This document shows, in pieces, positions 28,175-36,792 of a stretch of DNA of 64,000 nucleotides. Position 1 is the first letter of the stretch. Every line of letters begins with the position of its first letter. The translations under genes and the position numbers were made by a program. The notes beneath the pieces were generated by a model. It had not been told where the DNA came from. It was given only the letters and a program-made list of their open reading frames with translations, and did no database searches. Location: assembly GCA_965197645.1 (NCBI GenBank), contig OZ240219.1, positions 705,157-769,156 of the forward strand. Reading direction: 5' to 3'. The DNA comes from Dehalococcoidia bacterium (lineage in GTDB: Bacteria > Chloroflexota > Dehalococcoidia > Plut-88900).

Positions 28175-29650
28175 ATGGACAGCCCAACCCCTGAGCGCCT
28201 CCACGAGCTAACCCTTCACGAGGCCCAAAGCCTTCTCCAGGAAAGGCAGGTCACCTCGGTGGAGCTCACCCGGGCCGTCCTGGACCGCATAGAAAGCGTC
28301 GACGAGCGGCTCAAGGCCTTCGTCACCGTCACGCCGGAGCTGGCGTTGGAGCGGGCCAAAGCGGCCGATAAGGCCATCGGCGAGGACCGGGCCGGGCCGC
28401 TGACCGGCGTCCCGATGCAGCTCAAGGACAACATATCCACCCAGGGCGTCGCCACCACCTGCTCCTCCAGGATGCTGGAGAGCTTCGTGCCGCCCTACGA
28501 CGCCCACGTTGCCGATAAGCTGAAAAAGGCCGGTGCGGTGCTGGTGGGCAAGGGAAACCTGGACGAGTTCGCTATGGGTTCCTCCACGGAGAACTCGGCA
28601 TTCTCGACTACACGGAACCCGTGGGACCTGGAGCGGGTGCCCGGTGGTTCGAGTGGAGGCCCGGCGGCGGCGGTGGCCGCGGGCGAGGCGGTCTACGCAC
28701 TGGGGTCTGATACGGGAGGGAGCATTCGACAACCCGCCTCGCTGTGTGGTGTGGTCGGTATGAAGCCCACCTACGGGCTGGTGAGCCGGTTCGGGCTGGT
28801 GGCCTTCGGCAGCTCCCTGGACCAGATCGGGCCGTTGACCAAGGACGTGACCGACACCGCCCTCGTGATGAACGCCATCACGGGACACGACCCCAGGGAC
28901 TCCACCTCCGCCAAGTACGACCCTCCCGACTATACGAAAGCCCTGACGGGGGACATCAAGGGGCTGCGCGTCGGGGTGCCCAGGGAATACATGGTTGAGT
29001 GGATGGAGCAGGACGTAGTGGACGTGATGGAACGAGCCCTGGCCAAGCTGGAGGACCTGGGCGCCGTGGTGGACCGGGAGGTGTCCCTGCCCAACACCAA
29101 GTATGCGCTGGCCGTCTACTACATCATCGCACCCTCGGAGGCCTCGGCGAACCTGGCACGCTACGACGGCGTTAAGTACGGTTTCTCCGCCCAGGACGCC
29201 GGCGGTATGTGGGAGGCGATGGAGAAGACCCGGCAGCATGGGTTCGGGCCCGAGGTGAAGCGACGGATCATGCTGGGAGCCTATGCCCTCTCGGCGGGCT
29301 ACTACGACGCCTATTACCTCAAGGCCCAGAAGGTGCGGACCCTCATCCGCCGGGAGTTGAACGAGGCGTTTGAGAAGTACGACGTGCTGGTGTCCCCCAC
29401 CTCCCCCACGGTCCCCTTCAAGTTGGGCGATAGGACCGAGGACCCAGTGCAGATGTACTACAGCGATATCTGCACCATTCCCGCCAACATCGCGGGAATC
29501 CCCTCGATTTCGGTGCCCGCAGGCTTCTCCTTCGGGCTGCCTATAGGGCTGCAGATCATGGGTAGGCCCTTCGGCGAAGAGGCCATCCTCCGCACGGCCT
29601 ACGCCTACGAGCAGGCCAACGGGTGGCACAAGCTGCGTGCCCCCTTATAG
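28175..29650 (+). CDS. gatA: Asp/Glu-tRNA amidotransferase subunit A
   Basis: 491 aa with the amidase signature [14 protein letters not shown]...[12 protein letters not shown]. Confidence 0.95.
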   Translation: MDSPTPERLHELTLHEAQSLLQERQVTSVELTRAVLDRIESVDERLKAFVTVTPELALERAKAADKAIGEDRAGPLTGVPMQLKDNISTQGVATTCSSRMLESFVPPYDAHVADKLKKAGAVLVGKGNLDEFAMGSSTENSAFSTTRNPWDLERVPGGSSGGPAAAVAAGEAVYALGSDTGGSIRQPASLCGVVGMKPTYGLVSRFGLVAFGSSLDQIGPLTKDVTDTALVMNAITGHDPRDSTSAKYDPPDYTKALTGDIKGLRVGVPREYMVEWMEQDVVDVMERALAKLEDLGAVVDREVSLPNTKYALAVYYIIAPSEASANLARYDGVKYGFSAQDAGGMWEAMEKTRQHGFGPEVKRRIMLGAYALSAGYYDAYYLKAQKVRTLIRRELNEAFEKYDVLVSPTSPTVPFKLGDRTEDPVQMYYSDICTIPANIAGIPSISVPAGFSFGLPIGLQIMGRPFGEEAILRTAYAYEQANGWHKLRAPL

Positions 29651-29663
29651 CTCCTACGGGCGT

Positions 29664-30896
29664 CTAGCGAATGGCGCCGGCTTGTTGCAGCTTCTCGATG
29701 CCGTCCCAGTCGTAGCCGGCCTCCAGAAGGATCTCCTCAGTGTGTTGGCCCAGCTCGGGGGCCTCTCGGTGGATGCCCGCGGGAGTCTTGGAGTAGGTGA
29801 CGGGATGGTTGCACATCTTGACCGAGCCGAGGGCGGGATGATCGAAGGGGACGATGTAGTCGTTGGCTATCACCTGGGTGTCGTGCTCCAACTCATCCAG
29901 GGATTGGACCTTGGAGAATATGAAGTCTCCCCCGGTGCGGAAGGCCTCGTCCCATTCGGCGTAGGTCCTGGTCAGGAAACGCTCATCGAGTATTCGCGTT
30001 AGCTCCTCGCTGTTCTTGCTCCTCGCCTCTATGTCGGCATACCGGGAGTCGTTTATCAGGTCCGGTATGCCCAGGACCTCGGCGAAGGTCGGCCAGTACC
30101 GGTCGGCCTGGGGCATGGTGAGAACGACCCAGCGTCCATCCTTGCACTGGTAGTGGTTCCACAAGGGGTTTCCCGGGTCTTTGCGATTGATCGGGCCGAA
30201 GTCCTGCCCGTCGATGAGGCCCATGCTCACACTCAGTCCCTGCAGCCACATGATGCTGCTGAGATGAGATGCATCGATCTTCTGTCCGATGCCCTGCTGG
30301 TCCCGGGCCACCAGTGCCGCCAGGACACCGAAGCACAGCATGACCGCTCCCATCTGGTCGGCAACGCCCGCCCCGACTACCGGCGGCTCGGTGGAGCCGT
30401 GCTGGGCCGCAGTCATCATCAGGCCGCCTCGCGCCTGGCCACAGGTATCGAAGGAGGGCTGGTAGGCGTCCGGGCCTTCGGGGCCGTAGCCGGAAGCTGA
30501 GGCGTAGACCAGCTTGGGGTTGATTTTGCTGAGCGTTGCGTAGTCGACACCCAGCCGCTCGGCCACTCCCTTGCGGAAGTTCTCGACGAACACGTCGGCG
30601 GTTTCGACCAGCTTGTAGACTATCGCCCGGCCTTCTTCGGTCTTGAGATCGACGGCGATGCCCCGCTTGTTGCGATTGCAGGTCTCGAAGTAGGAGTTAC
30701 GCTCCGGCTGGAACTCGGGGTTTTGCGCATCTTGAACGGAGAGGGCGCGACCCCCATCGCCTACCAGCGACTCGATTTTCACGACGTCGGCGCCCATGTC
30801 ACCCATCATCGACGAGGCGACGGGGCCGAACTGCCACATGGTCCAGTCGAGCACCTTGATTCCGGTCATCGGGCCCTTTACACCGTTGGAGTTCAC
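29664..30896 (-). CDS. family III CoA-transferase (CaiB/BaiF family)
   Basis: Has the N-terminal pattern GIKVLDWT..QFGP.....GDMGADVVKIE. Confidence 0.85.
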   Translation of the reverse strand: MNSNGVKGPMTGIKVLDWTMWQFGPVASSMMGDMGADVVKIESLVGDGGRALSVQDAQNPEFQPERNSYFETCNRNKRGIAVDLKTEEGRAIVYKLVETADVFVENFRKGVAERLGVDYATLSKINPKLVYASASGYGPEGPDAYQPSFDTCGQARGGLMMTAAQHGSTEPPVVGAGVADQMGAVMLCFGVLAALVARDQQGIGQKIDASHLSSIMWLQGLSVSMGLIDGQDFGPINRKDPGNPLWNHYQCKDGRWVVLTMPQADRYWPTFAEVLGIPDLINDSRYADIEARSKNSEELTRILDERFLTRTYAEWDEAFRTGGDFIFSKVQSLDELEHDTQVIANDYIVPFDHPALGSVKMCNHPVTYSKTPAGIHREAPELGQHTEEILLEAGYDWDGIEKLQQAGAIR

Positions 30897-31043
30897 TGCT
30901 CACCTCCCTGAACGTCCTTACAACTGAGTAGTGTATAAACCGTAGGACGGAAGGTCAAACTTTGGGTGGGAGACAAAAACCCATAGCACACTATCTCAAG
31001 TTGCACTACCATCGGGCCTCTAAAGCTCAAACCAGAGGCTGTA

Positions 31044-31147
31044 TCAGAACTACTGTTTTGAGGGAGTCCAGAGGGAACCTTCCCTCTGGCAGGGGGCCTG
31101 GGGGACGTTCCCCCAGCAATAACACCTTCCGAGGGTGGGCGGTTGGG
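31044..31147 (+). repeat. family B hairpin repeat copy
   Basis: The sequence is tcagaac...gagggagtccagagggaaccttccctctggcagggggcctgggggacgttcccccagc...gagggtgggcgg. Confidence 0.85.
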
Positions 31148-31287
31148 ACCAAGGCATCCGCTTTTGTCAGACAGGCCCACCGGCGAGATGCCAGCGGAGC
31201 CGGTCTCCCCTACCCTTTCGGTGGAGTAGAATGAGCCTGCCGATCCGGCCGGCAGGCTTGCCAACGTCCCACAGGGACTGCCAGGGG

Positions 31288-31674
31288 CTATCCCTTTAAG
31301 TAGGCCAGCTTCCGCCAGACCTTGCCGTCCCGGACGGTGTAGATGTCGGTGCCCCGCATCCTGCCGGGATTGCCCTCGGCGTCCTTCCACGTCATTACCC
31401 ACCGGGTGACGCATCTATCGCCGGCGGCGAAAAGCTCCTCTTCGTCGAAATACGAATCGAGGAACGCGGCGAAGAGGCCGTCCCAGGCCTCCCTGACCTC
31501 GGCTTGCCCCTCGAACCGGGCGCCATCGGGTGCGCCGACCCCCTCGAACACGCAGTCGTCGCTCATCAGAGCCATGATGCCGTCGACGTCCCGATTGTTG
31601 AACGCCTCGCCGAAGCGATTGATAACGTCGATGGTCGCCTGGGTCTCGGTGTCTTGTGCCAGTGCCTGCTGCAT
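31288..31674 (-). CDS. NTF2/SnoaL-like fold protein (128 aa)
   Basis: Contains VINRFGEAFNNRDVDGIMALMSDDCVFE, typical of the SnoaL-like polyketide cyclase family. Confidence 0.65.
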   Translation of the reverse strand: MQQALAQDTETQATIDVINRFGEAFNNRDVDGIMALMSDDCVFEGVGAPDGARFEGQAEVREAWDGLFAAFLDSYFDEEELFAAGDRCVTRWVMTWKDAEGNPGRMRGTDIYTVRDGKVWRKLAYLKG

Positions 31675-31723
31675 GTTAGTTCCCCTTCCTATCTTGCTGC
31701 CGTGCCGTTCTCTTCGCGGTCTA

Positions 31724-32554
31724 CTATTTCAGGACGTAGCTCTCGCCGTCATTCCTAGTCTCCACCTTACCCTCTCGCTCCAACTTTACCAGGTGTACCT
31801 TGACCTGACCCCGGGCCGAATCGAGCAGGTCCTTGTTTAACTCGGGATAGATCGCCTTGACCATCCCCTCGATGTCGTCAACACCGTCCGATAGAAGAGC
31901 GATGACCTGCTTCTCTCGCTCCATCCGGTGATCGATCAGCTCCTTGATCTTGCGCTGGGGTTCTTTCACCGGCTGGCCGTGACCCGGGTACAAAGCGCTG
32001 ATCTCCAGCCCCTGCAGCTTCCTGAGGGAGTCCATGTACCTGGCCATGTCACCCCGGTCCGGGCTGACGGCAGTGGTGCCCGTGCCGAGGATGTGGTCGC
32101 CGGTGAAGAGCGCCCTATCGTCCCGTTTCAACACGCAGGTGTGGCCGTGGGTGTGCCCCGGGGTATGGATAAGCTCCAGCTCGGTGCTGCCCACCCTTAC
32201 CACCTCGCCTCCCTTGAAGGTCTCGTCTACTCTCGTGTCTTCGAACTCTTCGTTGGCCACGTCCGCGTCATCCGCATGAATCAGAATCTTCGCCCCGGTG
32301 ACCTTCTTGAACCTCTCGGCTCCGCCCAGGTGGTCGACGTGGGGGTGGGTGAGGATAATGTGGCTGATGCTGGGGCTTCCGATACTTTTCAGGTAGTCCA
32401 GCCGCTGGTCCACGGCATCATCGGCGTTGTAGCCGGTGTCGATGAAAACGCCTTCGCCATCCATCACAAGGTAGACGTTGGGCGGAAACGCCCGCACGAA
32501 GAACTCGCCTGTCATCGGCACGTGCAACGAGTGTATGCCGGGCGTCAGCTCCAT
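31724..32554 (-). CDS. MBL-fold metallo-hydrolase with C-terminal winged-helix-like extension
   Basis: Has the HxHxDH motif (THPHVDHLGG). The start is set at MELTPGIHSL, preceded by AAGGAG. Confidence 0.8.
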   Translation of the reverse strand: MELTPGIHSLHVPMTGEFFVRAFPPNVYLVMDGEGVFIDTGYNADDAVDQRLDYLKSIGSPSISHIILTHPHVDHLGGAERFKKVTGAKILIHADDADVANEEFEDTRVDETFKGGEVVRVGSTELELIHTPGHTHGHTCVLKRDDRALFTGDHILGTGTTAVSPDRGDMARYMDSLRKLQGLEISALYPGHGQPVKEPQRKIKELIDHRMEREKQVIALLSDGVDDIEGMVKAIYPELNKDLLDSARGQVKVHLVKLEREGKVETRNDGESYVLK

Positions 32555-32619
32555 GGGAGCTCTCCTTTCGAGGGCCGAAACGAAGGGCTGAGAATTCATG
32601 TTAATTGGAGCATCGGTGA

Positions 32620-33003
32620 GTGTCAATCGGGATTACACGTTGTGCCAGATGGAAAACTAGCATGGCAACGGGAAGGCCCGGAGTAGGCTATCCTCGGGGG
32701 CAAAAATACGATGGACTGGCAACAAGGCTGATCTCGTTCAGAAAGATGGGGATACGTCTCTTCGTAATTCCTCCCCGTTCTCCCAAGCTTAACGGCCATG
32801 TGGAAAGGGCCCTGCGCACCCACACGGAGGAGTTCTATGAGGTCTACGACGGCGACCTGGATATGGGCCCTCTCAACCAGGCCCTTCGGAACTGGGAGGA
32901 GGTCTACAATACCGTACGCCCTCACCAGTCCCTCGGCTACCTCACTCCCCTTCAGTTCCTACATCATCAATACAAGTCAAACAAAGGCCTCATGTGTCAC
33001 TGA
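32620..33003 (+). pseudogene. 5'-truncated transposase remnant (rve integrase-core C-terminus, IS481/IS3-like)
   Basis: The sequence IPPRSPKLNGHVERALRTHTEEFY...YNTVRPHQSLGYLTP is the C-terminal third of a DDE/rve transposase. No N-terminal part and no inverted repeat pair are present. GC is locally lower. Confidence 0.7.
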
Positions 33004-33094
33004 TCTACCGAACGAGTACATTTCCTTGACGCCCCATCGCCCGCTCTGTATGATGCAAACGTAGCAGAGACGCCCCGGGCGTGGAGGTAAGAAG

Positions 33095-33337
33095 ATGCCC
33101 TTCGGCATTGGCCCTCTTGAACTGATAATCGTACTGGTGATCATAATCATCATCTTTGGCGTCGGTCGGCTTCCGGAGATAGGCGGCGCGCTGGGTAAGG
33201 GCATTCGAGAGTTCAAGAAGTCCAGCTCCGACATTCGAGACGCGGCCAAGGACATCGAAAAGGACGTGACAGAGCCCATCCGCACCGCCTCCAAGCCCGA
33301 CAGCAGACCGAAGTCCAGACCCCGCATTCCCGAATAA
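33095..33337 (+). CDS. tatA: twin-arginine translocase TatA (second Tat-family gene in window)
   Basis: 80 aa. Contains [42 protein letters not shown]. Confidence 0.85.
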   Translation: MPFGIGPLELIIVLVIIIIIFGVGRLPEIGGALGKGIREFKKSSSDIRDAAKDIEKDVTEPIRTASKPDSRPKSRPRIPE

Positions 33338-33366
33338 CAGCCCCTCAAGCTTCTGTTACAGCACAG

Positions 33367-33393
33367 GGCGGGACAGCGTAACGCTATCCCGCC
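33367..33393 (+). terminator. hairpin downstream of tatA
   Basis: The hairpin ggcggga-c-agcg-taa-cgct-a-tcccgcc is followed by TCTTC. The T-tract is weak. Confidence 0.45.
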
Positions 33394-33605
33394 TCTTCGC
33401 GGCAAGCGGAGTTGGAACGCACCGGGTGTGGCAACCACCGGGGACGGTGTCCGCTTCAGGACATGACCCCGATGGGTCTTTCTCAACTCACACTCTGCCC
33501 ATTGGAAGAGTTCGCTAACGGCCTCTGCCATAACCCCAGATCGAGGGAATCCAGGAGGTTCTTGCCGTGGCAGGGCGTTGAAGAACCCTGTCGACCAGAT
33601 CCCTC

Positions 33606-33690
33606 AGGACGAACTCCCCTCGCTCGCTACGACCACGACTGTTGGACTGGGCACGTACCTTTGTCATTGCGATCCGAGGCGAGGGGCAGG
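33606..33690 (-). repeat. degenerate family A unit
   Basis: The sequence cccctcgctcgctacgaccacgactgttggactgggcacgtacctttgtcattgcgatccgaggcgagggg is collinear with the units at 55800-55890. Confidence 0.45.
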
Positions 33691-33860
33691 CTCTCAGACT
33701 CCCGGCAAAGGACCTTCACCCCCTCTCTCTTCTCTCATCTTATAGGTGCGGGGCCTCGCAGAGGGTTTGGGGGATGTGCCTCCGAAACACCAAAACGTCT
33801 CAGGGTGGGAGGGAGGGAGAAACTATCCCGGGGGGGGTGATTAGTGAGGACAAAAGGAAA

Positions 33861-34003
33861 GCCCCGAAGTCTTTTGGTCTAAGACCAACCCGATGGACTA
33901 AGTCGGGAACTTCGGGGCCCGGTGCCTGTTGGGCTTCCGTATACGGAACCCAAGGCATAGTCGTTTGCTAAATCCTTAGGTGCCGGCTACGTTACAAGCA
34001 CCT
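33861..34003. other. unassigned structured element (three-way junction plus two hairpins)
   Basis: 10-bp closing stem 33861-33870/33909-33918 encloses hairpins 33874-33888 and 33889-33907. Further hairpins lie at 33923-33955 and 33978-34003. No known RNA family was recognised. Confidence 0.3.
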
Positions 34004-34099
34004 CACTAGTCCGTTTATCATCTGTTTCCAATAGATCACCTCCTTTCTTAGTGTACCCAGAGATTACTACACAATTGAGCATGATGACAAGTACCACCT

Positions 34100-34270
34100 C
34101 GGTGGTTGCGAGCAGGGAGAGTTAGTCCAGGGGGTGGAAAGAAGCGAAGCAATCTGGGGTGGAGGGGTAGATGTCCCTGTCGGGAAGGAGGCCAGACCTT
34201 AATAGATTGCCACGCCCCGACTTTGTCGGGGCTCGCAATGACGAGGGGGTGTCGTTGCGAGCGAGGCAAT
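34100..34270 (+). repeat. family A unit plus truncated next unit, abutting the GIY-YIG gene
   Basis: The core lies at 34205-34243. It is followed by the short hairpin gctcgcaatgacg/gtcgttgcgagc and then gaggcaatc directly before the gene's stop codon. Confidence 0.85.
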
Positions 34271-34582
34271 CTAGTCCGCGGATGAATCCTGACCCAGCAG
34301 GTCAACGCTCATATCTCGCCAAGTTGGGTTCATGCCGTTTATCAAAGCCACTTTCTTTCGTCGTGGACCTGCCTTCAACAGCTTCTCACGAGAAATCGCA
34401 GCTTCGGCTGTTTCAGCCATTTCGTAATACACGAGGTGGTTCACGTTGTACTTCGACGTAAAGCCAGGCGAAAGCTTTTCTCTGTGTTCGTAAACACGCC
34501 GGGGCAGGTTGTTGGTCACACCGGTGTAGAGAACAGTGTGCCTGGGGTTGGTCATGATGTAAACGTAGAAAGCTCTGTCCAA
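34271..34582 (-). CDS. small stand-alone GIY-YIG nuclease family protein (UPF0213/COG2827-like, 103 aa)
   Basis: FYVYIMTN...LYTGVTNNLPRRVYEH...E..AI.REK matches the GIY-YIG motifs. TTG start follows AAGAGGA. Confidence 0.85.
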   Translation of the reverse strand: MDRAFYVYIMTNPRHTVLYTGVTNNLPRRVYEHREKLSPGFTSKYNVNHLVYYEMAETAEAAISREKLLKAGPRRKKVALINGMNPTWRDMSVDLLGQDSSAD

Positions 34583-34946
34583 GGTAATCCTCTTGAAACG
34601 AGGTTACGGACTCAGCCTAACCGTTGCCGTCGTTGCGAGCGTGGGGGGGAAGTCCTGAGGGAAGTGGCAGGGAGCGAAGCATTCTGGGGTGGAGGGGTAT
34701 ATGTCCCTGTCGGGAAAGAGGCCAGACCTTAGTAGATTGCCACGCCCCGACTTCATCGGGGCTCGCAATGACGAGGCTACGGACTCAGCCTAACTGTTGC
34801 CGTGGTTGCGAGCAGGGGGAGTTGGTCCTGGGGATGGCCGGGAGCGAAGCAATCTGGGGTGGAGGGGTATATGTCCCTGTCGGGAAAGAGGCCAGACCTT
34901 AATAGATTGCCACGCCCCGACTTTGTCGGGGCTCGCAATGACGAGG
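34583..34946 (+). repeat. family A composite repeat, 2 tandem units (period 170 bp)
   Basis: Cores lie at 34735-34773 and 34905-34943. The array begins in the loop module immediately upstream of the GIY-YIG start codon. Confidence 0.9.
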
Positions 34947-34989
34947 GCTGGGGGCCCGGTGTTCGAATGGGCCGGTTTGACAGGCAGCC

Positions 34990-36012
34990 CTAAAAGGCCA
35001 GGAGGCGGCGGGGGTTCTCGACGGTCATCTGATGTATGGCATCCTCGCTCACACCGGACTTTAGCAGCGCCGGGATGATCTCCTCGAAGAGCCGGCAGAT
35101 GTTACGGCTCTGATACCTCGATGGGTCCTGCTCGGTGCTCGGAGGCCGCATTTCGTAAAGCACTATGTCGTGGGAGAGCACCATCTGGGAAGCATATCCC
35201 ATGGCGACGAGGGCAGTTATTGTCCCCAGTCTCGCCGAGTCGCCCAGCTGTCCCAGGGAGTAGGCGAACATGTCAATCCCCACGTTGGCGCCCCGGTCCA
35301 TGATCTGGGCCAGATGCCTGATGTTGGAGGTGCCGTCGGCGTGGCCGATGATGCACCTCGAAGGGTCCGCCCCCTCGTCCAGCAGCACGTCCAGCTGGCG
35401 CATCCCGATGTTACAGATAGCCCAATCGTAGCTATCGGTGTGGGTGGTGATGGTGACGCCCAGCTTCCTCTGCACCCGTGCAGCGGCCCTGAACCCCTTT
35501 TCCTCCACCTTGGTGGGGCCAAGAGCGTAGGGGACCAGCTCGTCGCCCCAGGAGGGTGTCGGCCCGGCTATCACCAGCTGGGGGCCGGTGGCCAGCTTGA
35601 TGATGCCACACTTTGAACCGGTGCCCAAGGCGCCCTCGGTAATCTCCGTGGCGAAGAACTCCTCGACGGCGTCCAGGGGCCTGGCATGCCAGTAGTAGGG
35701 TATGCCCATGCTCTCGGTGTAGAAGCCGGTGGAGGAGACGATGTGGACCCCGCTGCGCCGGGATGCCTCGGTCAGGAGCCCCATGTAGCGGCCGCAGTCG
35801 GAAGTGGTGACGTCGACCAGGCAGGTGAGACCGTGTGCCTCTCTGGCGCCAGCCAACTCCTTCACCAGCTTTGCCAGCAGATCATCCTCGTCGTAGCTAC
35901 CCTGGATATCGACCTCGGCGCCCTGCCAGTTGAAGAAAAGGTGCTCATGGGGCAGAACTACGCCCAACTCGCCGGGGGAGATGTCTCCCAGCACCGTCCT
36001 CACTATGGACAT
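34990..36012 (-). CDS. phosphotriesterase-related (PTE/PHP family) amidohydrolase-fold protein
   Basis: Contains GVVLPHEHLF and downstream His/Asp ligands (HTD, GHAD, SHD). Confidence 0.85.
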   Translation of the reverse strand: MSIVRTVLGDISPGELGVVLPHEHLFFNWQGAEVDIQGSYDEDDLLAKLVKELAGAREAHGLTCLVDVTTSDCGRYMGLLTEASRRSGVHIVSSTGFYTESMGIPYYWHARPLDAVEEFFATEITEGALGTGSKCGIIKLATGPQLVIAGPTPSWGDELVPYALGPTKVEEKGFRAAARVQRKLGVTITTHTDSYDWAICNIGMRQLDVLLDEGADPSRCIIGHADGTSNIRHLAQIMDRGANVGIDMFAYSLGQLGDSARLGTITALVAMGYASQMVLSHDIVLYEMRPPSTEQDPSRYQSRNICRLFEEIIPALLKSGVSEDAIHQMTVENPRRLLAF

Positions 36013-36027
36013 TTAGTGCCCGCTCCT

Positions 36028-36786
36028 CTACCGGAAGTCTTCGGCCGAGTCCTGGGGCTCCCAGCCCAACACCTGCTTCGGGTGTTCCAGGTCCCGATAG
36101 CCCCACTTGTTCTTGGAGGTGGCGAAGAAGATGTCGTACATCAGGTCTTCAGACGCATCGATGCACTTGTGAAGAATAGTGGCGACGTCCCTGTGGCTCA
36201 AGTGGGTGGCGTAGTCGTGAATATCCTTCGGCCGGTCCTCCTGGTGCACCATGCCGATGCGCACCGATAGGATGGAGATGTCATAGGCATCGGAGTAGTG
36301 ACGAGCGAGGGCTTCACCGAATACCTTGGCGGCCCCATATATGGTCTGGGGCCGAAACTGGCCCTCTGTGATCATGGGCCAGCTTTCGGGGACATCTTCG
36401 TAGCGACCCTCCGCTATGGCCTTGTACGGCTCCACCTTGAGGGGGAATCCCCTGATGGTCATGCCACTGCTGGCGTATACCACCCTCTTGACCCCGGCCA
36501 GCCGCGACGCCTCGTACACGTTGTACGTGCCGATGATGCTGGCGTTGAGATTTCCCTCGAAGGGGTCATCCTCCTCAACCCATGCCGCCAGGTGGACCAC
36601 GGTATCTATACCCTCGAAGGCCGGCTTGATCGCCTCCAGGTCGGCGATGTCGGCCTGGAGGCACTTGACCCCCTCGACCGGGCGCCGGTTCAGGGCGCTG
36701 AGCTCGTAGCCTCCGGCCTCCTCCAGATGGCGTCGTAGGACGCCGCCGATGAGCCCGCTCATGCCCGTTATCAAGACCTTTTTCAT
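36028..36786 (-). CDS. NAD-dependent epimerase/dehydratase (extended SDR) family protein
   Basis: Has the N-terminal ITGMSGLIGG Rossmann motif and the YGAAK catalytic motif. Confidence 0.8.
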   Translation of the reverse strand: MKKVLITGMSGLIGGVLRRHLEEAGGYELSALNRRPVEGVKCLQADIADLEAIKPAFEGIDTVVHLAAWVEEDDPFEGNLNASIIGTYNVYEASRLAGVKRVVYASSGMTIRGFPLKVEPYKAIAEGRYEDVPESWPMITEGQFRPQTIYGAAKVFGEALARHYSDAYDISILSVRIGMVHQEDRPKDIHDYATHLSHRDVATILHKCIDASEDLMYDIFFATSKNKWGYRDLEHPKQVLGWEPQDSAEDFR

Positions 36787-36792
36787 AGCCCT

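Noticed and set aside
28208-29629. 473-aa minus-strand ORF covering gatA
   Set aside because: It is a high-GC antisense open frame, and the sense strand encodes an unmistakable amidase-signature GatA. The same reasoning applies to 52901..54019, 44979..46232, 3771..4667, 20836..21579, 41662..42594 and 42293..43156.
33861-33918. Hammerhead or other small self-cleaving ribozyme at the three-way junction
   Set aside because: The CUGAUGA and GAAA core elements are absent on both strands, and the junction strands are only 0-3 nt long.
33940-33975. tmRNA-like tag frame on the minus strand (gcaaacgactatgccttg = ANDYAL)
   Set aside because: The frame continues for about 29 codons to a TAG without an LAA-type ending. 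No tRNA-like acceptor/T-arm pairing or ggggc 5' end is present.
34035-34049. 16S rRNA 3' end
   Set aside because: Only the terminal 15 nt match. The preceding sequence lacks the conserved helix 45 / gtaacaaggtagccgta region, so this is not an rRNA gene or fragment of useful length.
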